A stretch of DNA of 64,000 nt, taken from contig JAFUBZ010000017.1 in the NCBI GenBank assembly GCA_017459945.1, positions 23,258 to 87,257 of the forward strand, given 5' to 3'. The notes beneath the pieces were generated by a model. The model saw nothing but the letters and a program-made list of their open reading frames with translations. It ran no database searches and was not told where the DNA came from. The position numbers and the translations under genes were made by a program. This DNA comes from Eubacterium sp. (GTDB taxonomy: Bacteria > Bacillota > Clostridia > Lachnospirales > Lachnospiraceae). Shown here one piece after another: positions 49,551 through 58,706 of this stretch (position 1 is the first letter of the stretch; the number at the start of each line of letters is the position of its first letter).

Positions 49551-49579
49551 AGTATATCCAAGAGGGGTTATTTCGTCAA
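49551..49579 (-). promoter_or_regulatory. mecA promoter (leaderless geometry)
   Basis: TTGACG-17bp-TATACT-7nt-ATG, no SD. Confidence 0.65.
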
Positions 49580-49984
49580 GAATACTTATTTTGTCATGCT
49601 ATTCCGTTATTTTGTCATCTGCTCTTGCAAAGCGGTTTTGAATGTGATATATCGAAATAGAACCTGCTCTGCATTGTTTCGTGCAGCGCAGCTGATTTTT
49701 TTCTTTCTGACTGCAGTTCGCAGTCTTATTTCCCGCAAACGTATTTTCAAAGATTTGACAGAATGCAGCAGGTATTATCGAAATGAGAGGGGGAATGTGC
49801 GTATTGGATCTTAAGCCCGTCTATGCAACAAATGCAAAACGAATAGATTTTTAGAAAGGAGTAGGGATTGATATGCAGGAATGGAGTGACGGTGCTTGAC
49901 GAATCTTAAAAATATATCACGAGATAACATCGTTAACATATGGAAACGGACCAAAAGGTCCTTCATGCTTTGACTAATCTTTAT

Positions 49985-50021
49985 AAATCCCGCCCTGCCA
50001 TGTCTGCAGGCGCGGGATTTT
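49985..50021 (+). terminator. Intrinsic terminator with no obvious upstream CDS
   Basis: aaatcccgccctgc..gcaggcgcgggatttt. Confidence 0.65.
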
Positions 50022-50122
50022 GTTCTGGTAATCATATATGTTTTCGTGTATACTATTTTTTGTGTTAATGAATTGTGTGACATACAAGATATGCCGATTC
50101 TTTTTTCTGATTGGAGGAAGAT

Positions 50123-51901
50123 ATGGGGCGAAAGAATACATATTATAAAAAGCCGTCGCGCCGGGCAAGACGCAGACGCCGGAGAATGATCCGCCGGCTT
50201 GTGATCCTCATAGTGATCATTGTCGTGGTTGCGGGGCTCATTTTTGCATGGAAGAATCTTGGCCTGAGCGATAAGGTGATCGGCAGTCATGAGAAGTCTG
50301 ACATCAGTACATACTACGGTCTGACGGATGATGCCTCGATGATCGTGACGGTAAACAATGAGCGCAGCGATGAAATCGGCATCATTTCTGACGGGGAGGC
50401 CTATCTGCCGCTGCATCTCGTTCAGTCAAAGATCAGTAACCGTTTCTTCTGGGACGGGGATGAGAAGGAACTCCGCTATGTGACACCGACGGATGTGATC
50501 TCGACGCAGGCGCTAGATACCAATGTGTACAGCATCGGGAATGAGGAAAAAGAGCTGGCGCATCCGATCGCGATCGCGGGGACAGATACGATCTATTTAT
50601 CGATGGAGTTCGTCGAAAGCCTTGCAGACATTCATTATGAGCAGGCAGAAGAACCGAATCGCGTTGCGGTCTCTACCGAGTGGGGAGAGATCACCTACAA
50701 TACCTTAAAGCACAGTACAAGCCTGCGCGAAAAAGGCGGGATCAGGAGTGCTGTGATCGCGACGCTTGAAAAAGACAGCCTGGTCACGGTGACGGAAGAG
50801 TTTGATAACTGGGTTGGCGTAACGACAGAAGACGGACTGACAGGATATATTCCGAAATCGGATCTGGGTGAAGAGACCACAAAAACCTATACAAGTGAAA
50901 AAGAAGAAGAGGTCTTCTCACATCTTCTGCGTGATGAGAAGATCTGCCTTGCATGGCATCAGGTAACCAATGAAGTGGCAAATACATATCTTTCGGATGT
51001 TTTGAATAGTACGAAGGATGTGAATGTCGTATCACCGACCTGGTTCTATTTAAACGGCAATGACGGATCCATTCAGTCATTCTGTTCGGCAGATTATGTG
51101 ACAGCCTGCCACGATCAGGGAATCGAGGTATGGGGACTTGTCAGCAACCTGGAAAACCCGAATGTCGACACTGCGATCGTTCTGAACAGAACTTCAACGA
51201 GAGATACGCTGATCAACAACCTGATCGGGGCTGCGATCCAGTATGATCTTGACGGAATCAATGTTGATTTTGAGGCGTTAAACAGTAAGGTCGGCTATTC
51301 ATTTATCGAGTTCATCAGAGAGCTGTCGATCAAATGCGAAAAGAACGATCTGGTTCTGTCTGTTGACAATTATCCGCCGTCTTCCTATACGGAGCTCTAT
51401 TTCAGGGATGAGCAGGCGAAGTTTGCGGATTATGTGATCCTGATGGCTTATGATGAACACTTTACCGGTTCCGAAGAAGCAGGATCGGTTGCGTCACTTC
51501 CTTATGTGACAGAAAGTGTGGCAAATACACTTGAGGAAGTGCCTGCAGAGCAGCTTGTTTTGGGCATTCCGTTCTATACGAGACTCTGGAAGACAACAGC
51601 CGGTACAGTGACCAGCGAAAACCTGGGTATGGCTGATGCACAGAAGAATCTTTCAGACAATCAGGCGACGCAGACCTGGCTTGAAGATGAGAACCAGTAT
51701 TATGCGGAGTACGATAAGGGTGACAGCAAGTATCAGATCTGGCTGGAAGAGGAGAAATCCATCTCAGCCAAGCTGGATGTTATGAAAGAAAACAATCTTG
51801 CCGGCGCCGCATTCTGGAAGTTGTCTTATGAAGACAGCAGTATCTGGGATACGATCGCAGGCTATATGGAGCAAAATGGAAACGATTCTGGAAACAATTG
51901 A
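50123..51901 (+). CDS. Membrane-anchored GH18 glycosyl hydrolase with SH3b domain
   Basis: TM anchor, SH3-like TGYIP, VSPTWF, DGINVDFE catalytic motif, MAYDEH, LGIPFYTR. Confidence 0.85.
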   Translation: MGRKNTYYKKPSRRARRRRRRMIRRLVILIVIIVVVAGLIFAWKNLGLSDKVIGSHEKSDISTYYGLTDDASMIVTVNNERSDEIGIISDGEAYLPLHLVQSKISNRFFWDGDEKELRYVTPTDVISTQALDTNVYSIGNEEKELAHPIAIAGTDTIYLSMEFVESLADIHYEQAEEPNRVAVSTEWGEITYNTLKHSTSLREKGGIRSAVIATLEKDSLVTVTEEFDNWVGVTTEDGLTGYIPKSDLGEETTKTYTSEKEEEVFSHLLRDEKICLAWHQVTNEVANTYLSDVLNSTKDVNVVSPTWFYLNGNDGSIQSFCSADYVTACHDQGIEVWGLVSNLENPNVDTAIVLNRTSTRDTLINNLIGAAIQYDLDGINVDFEALNSKVGYSFIEFIRELSIKCEKNDLVLSVDNYPPSSYTELYFRDEQAKFADYVILMAYDEHFTGSEEAGSVASLPYVTESVANTLEEVPAEQLVLGIPFYTRLWKTTAGTVTSENLGMADAQKNLSDNQATQTWLEDENQYYAEYDKGDSKYQIWLEEEKSISAKLDVMKENNLAGAAFWKLSYEDSSIWDTIAGYMEQNGNDSGNN

Positions 51902-52934
51902 TCCGGTGAATCCGGAGGCGGATGTGATCCGCCGGGCGGCAGAATTCATCAAAAACGGGGACCTGGTCGCATTTCCGACAGAGACAGTCTATGGCCTTGG
52001 CGCGGATGCACTCAGGCCGGAAGCATCCCAAAAAATATATGCGGCAAAGGGGAGACCGTCAGACAATCCGCTGATCGTTCATATCGCACAGATTGAGGAT
52101 CTTTACCGGATCGCGGATCCGGTGCCGGAGGAAGCACTGCTTTTGGCGAAGCGGTTCTGGCCCGGCCCGCTGACGATGATCCTGCATAAAAAAGAGTGTG
52201 TTCCGAAGCAGACGACAGGCGGGCTGAATACGGTGGCGATCCGTTTTCCGTCACATCCTGTCGCAAGGGAGCTGATCCGGCAGTCAGGATGTCTGATCGC
52301 GGCACCAAGTGCCAATACATCCGGCCGTCCGAGCCCGACCTGTGCGGAGCATGTTCACAGGGACCTGGACGGCAGGATCGCAATGATCTTAGATGGCGGC
52401 GAAGTCGGACTCGGATTGGAGTCAACGATCATTGATCTGTCAGTCGATCGGCCTGCGGTCTTAAGGCCCGGCTTCATTACAGCGGAAATGCTAAAGGAAG
52501 TCCTTGGTGATGTGGATGGAGAGAAACCTTTTGCGGAAACGGGACATGAAGATTCGCATGCACCAAAGGCTCCCGGAATGAAATATACACATTATGCCCC
52601 CAAAGCGCCGATGACATTGGTGCGGGGAGAGCAGGAAGCAGTTATCCGGACGATCCGCCAGTTGGCTGCGAAACATAGAGAAAAAGGTGAGCGGATCGGC
52701 ATTTTATGCAGCGATGAAACTGCAGGCAGTTATGAGGACGGTTTGATCAAAAGCATTGGCAGCAGAGCAGCGGAAGCTGAGATCGCACACAACCTATATC
52801 GCGTACTTCGTGAGTTTGACGAACAGGATCTGGATGCGATCTATTCGGAGATGTTTGATACAGCAGGTGTCGGACAGGCGATCATGAACCGTATGTTAAA
52901 AGCGGCAGGACATCGGATCCTGGATGCGGATTGA
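51876..52934 (+). CDS. sua5: Threonylcarbamoyl-AMP synthase (Sua5/YwlC)
   Basis: PTETVYGL, KGRPSDNPLIVH, APSANTSGRPS, PGMKYTHYAP. Confidence 0.93.
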   Translation: METILETIDPVNPEADVIRRAAEFIKNGDLVAFPTETVYGLGADALRPEASQKIYAAKGRPSDNPLIVHIAQIEDLYRIADPVPEEALLLAKRFWPGPLTMILHKKECVPKQTTGGLNTVAIRFPSHPVARELIRQSGCLIAAPSANTSGRPSPTCAEHVHRDLDGRIAMILDGGEVGLGLESTIIDLSVDRPAVLRPGFITAEMLKEVLGDVDGEKPFAETGHEDSHAPKAPGMKYTHYAPKAPMTLVRGEQEAVIRTIRQLAAKHREKGERIGILCSDETAGSYEDGLIKSIGSRAAEAEIAHNLYRVLREFDEQDLDAIYSEMFDTAGVGQAIMNRMLKAAGHRILDAD

Positions 52935-52961
52935 TGGTATTTCTTGTCGGGAGAAACGTAG

Positions 52962-53504
52962 ATGAAAGAGTTCGAAAGGATCATATTTGTCGGACGAAGC
53001 GGTAACTGCCGCGAGGTCATGGCGGCGGAACTGTTAAAGACCAAGCCCCTCTGGCACAAACCGGAGATTCTGGCGCGTGGTCTGGTCGTACTGTTCCCGG
53101 AACCTTTGAATCAGAAGGTGGAAGCAATCATGAGCGGAAAGGGCTTTCAGCCGGGCAACTATATGTCGGCGCAGCTCGAGGCAGAGGATATCACGGAAAA
53201 CACGCTGGTTTTGACGTTTGAAAAGAGTGGGATTTCAAAGATACAAAGCAAGTTTCCGGATGTCCCTTATCTGTATGTGCTGACGGATGTCAGCGGTGAT
53301 GAGCTTGAGATCCTAGATCCGACCGGTCAGGATCTGATCACCTACGGGATCTGTTACGAAACACTTGAAAAAAGTATCAGCAAGCTTGCAACCGTGTTGA
53401 ATGACGGGACGTTTTCATTTGATCAGACAGCTGATTCAGAGACGGAAAACGAGAGAGCGGATGAAACAGGAAATGAAGAGATTTTTGAGGGAGAGGACCA
53501 ATGA
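52962..53504 (+). CDS. Low-MW protein phosphatase (YwlE-like) with degenerate active site
   Basis: IFVGRSGNCRE versus canonical FVCxGNxCRS; ILDP; sua5 synteny. Confidence 0.65.
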   Translation: MKEFERIIFVGRSGNCREVMAAELLKTKPLWHKPEILARGLVVLFPEPLNQKVEAIMSGKGFQPGNYMSAQLEAEDITENTLVLTFEKSGISKIQSKFPDVPYLYVLTDVSGDELEILDPTGQDLITYGICYETLEKSISKLATVLNDGTFSFDQTADSETENERADETGNEEIFEGEDQ

Positions 53505-53989
53505 CCGAAAAAAGAAAAGATTATATCACATGGGATGAGTATTTTATGGGCGTTGCAAAATTGTCGGCAATGCGATCAAAGGATCCGAACACACAGGTTG
53601 GCGCCTGTATCGTAAGCGATGACAACAAGATCCTGTCGATGGGATATAACGGATTTCCGATTGGCTGTTCAGATGATGAATTCCCCTGGGCACGCGAAGC
53701 AGAAGAACCGCTGGATATCAAATATCTGTATTCCACGCACAGCGAGCTGAATGCGATCCTGAATTACCGTGGCGGAAGTCTGGACGGCGCAAAGCTCTAT
53801 GTAACACTGTTCCCGTGCAATGAATGTGCAAAAGCGATCATTCAGGCAGGAATCAAAGAGCTGGTCTACGCGGATGACAAGTATGAAAAGACGACGTCCG
53901 TGATCGCATCCAAACGGATGCTGCAGGCGGCCGGCGTTAAGGTTTCCCGCTATCAGCCAAGCGGGCGTGAGATCTCGATGGGATTATAA
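53501..53989 (+). CDS. dCMP deaminase
   Basis: RSKDPNTQVGA, GYNG, HSELNAI, FPCNECAK. Confidence 0.92.
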   Translation: MTEKRKDYITWDEYFMGVAKLSAMRSKDPNTQVGACIVSDDNKILSMGYNGFPIGCSDDEFPWAREAEEPLDIKYLYSTHSELNAILNYRGGSLDGAKLYVTLFPCNECAKAIIQAGIKELVYADDKYEKTTSVIASKRMLQAAGVKVSRYQPSGREISMGL

Positions 53990-54001
53990 GTAAATAAAGA
54001 G

Positions 54002-54045
54002 AAAAATGGCGTTTCCGAAGGTTGTCCGGAAACGCCGTTTGTTTT
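54002..54045. terminator. Bidirectional terminator
   Basis: aaatggcgtttccg..cggaaacgccgttt between convergent genes. Confidence 0.75.
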
Positions 54046-54051
54046 GAAAAT

Positions 54052-55836
54052 CTATTCTTCCAGCCCGAAGAGTGCTGCGCCGAGTGCTCCGACGATCTCG
54101 GGTTCTTCGTAGCGCCAGACCGATGCATTCAGGCGCTTTTGCAGCACATCGACAACGCCTTCGTTTTTCGCTACACCGCCGGTCATCATAAAGCCGGGCT
54201 CGGCGCCGACACGCTTGATCAAAGACATGGCTCTTGAGACGATCGCCTCGTGAATGCCGTGGGCGATGTCGGCAGGCTCCTTGTTCTGCGCGATCAGAGA
54301 GATGACTTCAGATTCCGCAAAGACTGTGCACATGCTGCTGATCGTCAGGCTTTCGGATGATTTTAAAGAGAGCGGTCCGAGTTCTTCAATCGGAATCTCA
54401 AGTGTCCGCGCCATCATTTCAAGGAAACGTCCGGTGCCGGCAGCGCACTTGTCATTCATGACAAAGTCTTTTACATTTCCGTTGTCATCCAGATGAATCG
54501 CCTTGGAATCCTGCCCGCCGATATCGAGGATCGTGCGGATCTGCGGATTTAAGAAGTGTGCGCCTTTGGCATGACAGGAAATCTCTGTCACATCCTTATC
54601 GGCAAACGGGATGCTGACACGTCCATATCCGGTGGAAACAACGAGCGATATATCGTCTAAAGTCAATCCGGCCTTTTCTAATACCATTGCCCGTACACGT
54701 TCCGCGCTGTCTCCGCTTCTTGCGCCGGTCCGTAAAACGGCCGAAGCCAGTATTTCCTTTTTCTCATTCAGCAGAACCGCGTTTGTCGAAGTGGATCCGC
54801 TGTCAATTCCCATAACGATCATAGGTGAAGTCTCCTGTTTCTCTGTCGATGGCCTCGTGCCGGTCTGCTCCTCTTTGTCAGCCGGTGTCCGGGTGCCCGA
54901 CTGCTCATTGCCGGATGCTGTCCGGCTTTGGTCAAACTGCTTTTTCGCTTCCAACGCTTCGATAAAAGCTTCCAGCCTGGTCAGGATCTGACCGCTGCTC
55001 TGGTCAGTCGCGTCGGTCTCGATCTTTAAGATCGGCAGATCTGATTTTTTATGGATCTGCGTATATTCATAAGAGTATATATCACAGAACTTGATGGTAT
55101 GGTAAATGATGCCGTCAACCTGCTCTGACATATCCTGTAAAAACCGCTGTCTGCCGGAAGCGTCAGCCATACGCATGCATGGGATCTGGTTTAACAGATC
55201 GTGTGCGTAAGAAGGCAGGTTGGGATCCCATGATGAGCCGTTATCAGGAACCGTAAAATCAAAATTCCTTGGTGCGCCGGTGCAGGTCATATCAAATCTG
55301 ATCCGGATTCCCTTGCTGATCAAAAGGCTGCGAATCCCATCGCCGGGGCGCGCCCCAACTAAGCCGACCGAAATCGTATGGGGCTGTTGCTTAGAGTCTT
55401 TCGGCTCGATTGGCGGCGGATCTGATGAAAGCAGTTCACCTGTATTTGCAGGAGTCTGAAATGCATGCTCCTTCGCATACGCATTCCACGCATCCAGCAT
55501 CTTTTTGATGTGCTTTGCATAAAGCGAATCCGCAAAATCATTGATCTTATGTGGCAGATCCAGACAGTAAAAGAACCGGTCCGGCCACTTGGCCCGCAGT
55601 GTGTCAAACAGGCGTCTCGTGCTGTCGCAACAGGTCGTTAAGATCATACCGTCATAATCATGGTCTGCAAAATCTTCAAGGACTGCCCGGACAAACGAGC
55701 AGACATTTGCATGCATTAAAGTGTCGGCACGGCAGAAGTCTGTTGCCTGCGGCTCGATCCGGCGTACATTGATGCCTGCAGCTTTCAGTACTTCGACCGG
55801 CACATATTTACAAACATACCCCAAGGTAGGGTTCAT
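54052..55836 (-). CDS. 2-hydroxyacyl-CoA dehydratase subunit fused to activase (alternative TTG start 55851)
   Basis: N-terminal VCSFVR, TCCDS, KFCD, TRLEAF; C-terminal GIDSGSTST, DIGGQDSK, CAAGTG, CTVFAESE. Confidence 0.82.
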   Translation of the reverse strand: MNPTLGYVCKYVPVEVLKAAGINVRRIEPQATDFCRADTLMHANVCSFVRAVLEDFADHDYDGMILTTCCDSTRRLFDTLRAKWPDRFFYCLDLPHKINDFADSLYAKHIKKMLDAWNAYAKEHAFQTPANTGELLSSDPPPIEPKDSKQQPHTISVGLVGARPGDGIRSLLISKGIRIRFDMTCTGAPRNFDFTVPDNGSSWDPNLPSYAHDLLNQIPCMRMADASGRQRFLQDMSEQVDGIIYHTIKFCDIYSYEYTQIHKKSDLPILKIETDATDQSSGQILTRLEAFIEALEAKKQFDQSRTASGNEQSGTRTPADKEEQTGTRPSTEKQETSPMIVMGIDSGSTSTNAVLLNEKKEILASAVLRTGARSGDSAERVRAMVLEKAGLTLDDISLVVSTGYGRVSIPFADKDVTEISCHAKGAHFLNPQIRTILDIGGQDSKAIHLDDNGNVKDFVMNDKCAAGTGRFLEMMARTLEIPIEELGPLSLKSSESLTISSMCTVFAESEVISLIAQNKEPADIAHGIHEAIVSRAMSLIKRVGAEPGFMMTGGVAKNEGVVDVLQKRLNASVWRYEEPEIVGALGAALFGLEE

Positions 55837-55853
55837 TTTTGATTGTTCCAAAT

Positions 55854-57125
55854 TTATTGTCCTTTCCTGGCCAGTAAAAGCTCGTAGAATGCTTCCCATC
55901 GGGTACGGATCTGTCCGTTATGGCTGTTTCGCCGGTCCATTCCGTCTCCGTCAAGGATCAGAAGCGGGATATCCGCTTCCTGCATCCGCTCTTTCAAACG
56001 CATGACGCCGCCGGATGACTGCTTGCAGCCCCAGTGACAGAAATTGATGACGCCGTCCGGCTGTAATTCATCTGCCAGATCGCAGACAAGATCCACCTTT
56101 CTGTCATAAGAACGGGTGTAGGCATTGTTGATCATTTTCAGAGCCAGAGATCGCAGCGGATCATCAGGATCAAGGGTCTCCCTGTAATCAAGGTTCATTT
56201 CGATCGCCTGGATCTGGCAGTTGTCAGTCAGGTTAAAATATTCCTGCAGCGTCTCCTGATACCAGGGCAGCAGATGCACCCATAAAATGTTGATCCCGTC
56301 ATATGCAGGCGCAGCCAATAGTTCCTGGTGCATTTGTTCGAAAAACGTCAGGATCTCCGGTTCGCCGATGTTTAAATGTGTCGCAAACAACATGTACATC
56401 TGAAGTGTCAGTGTTGACGGATATGCTTTGTCGCGCAGCAGGACCAGACACTTTTCGTAAAGCTCCTTGGAGGCATTTTCCCGTTTGATGACCTCTGCCA
56501 GCCGGTTATAGGAAAATGGTTTATGAAATGTCTTTTCGAGGATGCTGATCAGATCCTTAAGCTGTGCGATCACATATTCAATGGCTTCTTCGCTGTTATC
56601 CATCGGAATGTCCAGAATATAATTTTTCACACCGCGGTTTTCCGAGAGATACCGGAAGGTGTTGATATTGCCGTCACAGATCGTAGAGGTTGTCAGCGAA
56701 AAAGCGGCAGGCGGGACAATCCCGCTGTCAGAAGCGCCGATAAAGGTTTTGTGATACGAGCAAAGTGTCGAGGCGATGCCTTCTTCTTCCGCAAAGTCCA
56801 GAAAATAGTCTTCGATCCGGAAGCCGGAGAGAAATGAAGAGAGGCATTCGACAGACAGACAGCGGAGATCAAAACACTGCAGGATCTCGACCGGTGCAAA
56901 TATGTTGGCCCAGACAGTTGACTGCGGATCGCGCAGCGCCTGCAGGACATAGTCTACCGCATAGGTATTTAAATAGCGGTAAGCGCCGGGAATCTTTTTG
57001 TCGGCGAGATGCTTCGTCCGAAAACGTTCCAGATATAGCCCTGCCTTGATCATCCGAAAAGCTGCTGTCGGATGTGCAGGGGCGTATTTTTTAATGATAT
57101 TTCCATAAGTTTCAACCAGATTCAT
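55854..57125 (-). CDS. 2-hydroxyacyl-CoA dehydratase subunit (HgdA/B-like)
   Basis: LCSYHK, ICDGN, HWGCKQ, GQIRTRWEAF. Confidence 0.82.
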   Translation of the reverse strand: MNLVETYGNIIKKYAPAHPTAAFRMIKAGLYLERFRTKHLADKKIPGAYRYLNTYAVDYVLQALRDPQSTVWANIFAPVEILQCFDLRCLSVECLSSFLSGFRIEDYFLDFAEEEGIASTLCSYHKTFIGASDSGIVPPAAFSLTTSTICDGNINTFRYLSENRGVKNYILDIPMDNSEEAIEYVIAQLKDLISILEKTFHKPFSYNRLAEVIKRENASKELYEKCLVLLRDKAYPSTLTLQMYMLFATHLNIGEPEILTFFEQMHQELLAAPAYDGINILWVHLLPWYQETLQEYFNLTDNCQIQAIEMNLDYRETLDPDDPLRSLALKMINNAYTRSYDRKVDLVCDLADELQPDGVINFCHWGCKQSSGGVMRLKERMQEADIPLLILDGDGMDRRNSHNGQIRTRWEAFYELLLARKGQ

Positions 57126-57241
57126 AATGTATAAGGATAACACAAAAAGCGTTGAAGCAAAACAGGTTTTATGGTAAAGTTCATACGATAGGCAAATATT
57201 GGGTTTTAAAGCCTGTGTTATATAAAAGGGAGTGTTTGGGC

Positions 57242-57490
57242 ATGGATACGAGAGTGGCGATCATAGCGATCCTGATAGAAGATGACAGCAACGTGGAATC
57301 GTTAAATCATATCCTCCACGAATATTCCGATGCCGTCATTGGCCGTATGGGGATCCCCTATCGTGCAAAAAACATCAACCTGATCAGTGTGGCGGTGGAT
57401 GCGCCGATGAATGTGATCAGTGCGATGTCCGGGAAGATCGGCATGCTGAAAGGCATTACGGCAAAGACCGTTTATCAGCCGGAGCATTGA
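57242..57490 (+). CDS. TM1266-family ACT-like regulator (iron-only hydrogenase system regulator family)
   Basis: RVAIIAILIE, IGRMGIPY, SGKIGMLKGITAK; gggag RBS. Confidence 0.8.
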   Translation: MDTRVAIIAILIEDDSNVESLNHILHEYSDAVIGRMGIPYRAKNINLISVAVDAPMNVISAMSGKIGMLKGITAKTVYQPEH

Positions 57491-57563
57491 TGCGCGGGCG
57501 GCGAAACGAAAACAACGACTGAATACAGATTTTGATAGAAACAAAAGGAAAGGAAGTGTCCGA

Positions 57564-58649
57564 ATGACCCCAAGGGAAAAGGCGGAAATTGCGATACAGG
57601 ATATCAGAGAACATCTTGCGGGCTGCAGACAGTCTCCGGTTGATCCGAACCTCATACTGGCGGACCGCAGAGATTTCGCAAACCATATCGACAGGGTCGA
57701 AAAAATACTGCAGGATGTCCTGAATGAGTATGAATCGATCCTGGAACAGCGCGGAGAACTGGAGCGTGCTGCCAGACGTGAAAGTGAGCAGATCATAAGC
57801 AGCGCAGAGTCGAGGGCAGATGATGTGTATGCGGCATCGATCGTTTATACGGACAACATGATCGGCACACTGCAGACGATCATCGACGATACCAATGATT
57901 CGTTAAACGGTGTGATCAGGCGTTTCCGTAAGGAGATGCGCAGGCAAAAAGATCTGCTTAAGAAAAACGAGATTGAGCTGCAGGCTGAATTGCTGCAGTT
58001 AAAAGAGAATAAGAAGTATCTTCAGATGATCGAGGAGATCAATGAAGAGCGGGAAGAGAAGCGCCTTGCAGGGCAGCAGCCAAAGGAAGAGGAAAAACCG
58101 GAAAAGCCGGCTCCGCCATCTGCTGTACCGCCGGTTGCCGAGAAAGCCGATGTGCAGGTGAATACAGATGCGGCTTATTTCAAGTGGAAAGAACTGCAGG
58201 ACGGAGACGCAGCGGAGGAACCGGAGACAGAAGAGCAGTCGCAGCCTGATGATAAAACGCGTTTTGCGGATGCCGATCTGCAGCACACCAGGATCTTCCG
58301 GCCGGTCAGTCGAGAGCAGGTTCACATGGATCATGAGGAATCAAGGATCGATACCGCAAGACTTCCGGATGAAGATGCACTGATGCGGGCAATGCTACAG
58401 GGAGAAGAGGAGTCGCTGACAGATATCCTGCAGAAGGCAGAACGCGAATTCGTCGATGATGCTGATAACTTCGAGTACTATGACGATGATCTCGGAGACT
58501 TGGACGGCCTCGAAGAGCTGGATGATTTTGACGACTTTGACGATTTTGATGATTTCGATGATGACGATTTTCCAGATGATGACGATGAACAAGGCGCTGT
58601 CGGAAAACAGGTTGCCGGTAAGATCAAGGACTTTTTGCTGGGCAAGTAA
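57564..58649 (+). CDS. Hypothetical coiled-coil protein with acidic low-complexity tail
   Basis: Coiled-coil N-terminal half, (DDF)n tail; aaggaag RBS. Confidence 0.65.
   Translation: MTPREKAEIAIQDIREHLAGCRQSPVDPNLILADRRDFANHIDRVEKILQDVLNEYESILEQRGELERAARRESEQIISSAESRADDVYAASIVYTDNMIGTLQTIIDDTNDSLNGVIRRFRKEMRRQKDLLKKNEIELQAELLQLKENKKYLQMIEEINEEREEKRLAGQQPKEEEKPEKPAPPSAVPPVAEKADVQVNTDAAYFKWKELQDGDAAEEPETEEQSQPDDKTRFADADLQHTRIFRPVSREQVHMDHEESRIDTARLPDEDALMRAMLQGEEESLTDILQKAEREFVDDADNFEYYDDDLGDLDGLEELDDFDDFDDFDDFDDDDFPDDDDEQGAVGKQVAGKIKDFLLGK
58521..58570 (+). repeat. In-frame 9-bp tandem repeat encoding (DDF)n
   Basis: gatgattttgacgactttgacgattttgatgatttcgatgatgacgatttt. Confidence 0.6.
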
Positions 58650-58706
58650 TGAGAAAAGCGGCCGGATCTGTGTGGGGCCGAAATGGATACAGGGAGGATA
58701 TGAAAC

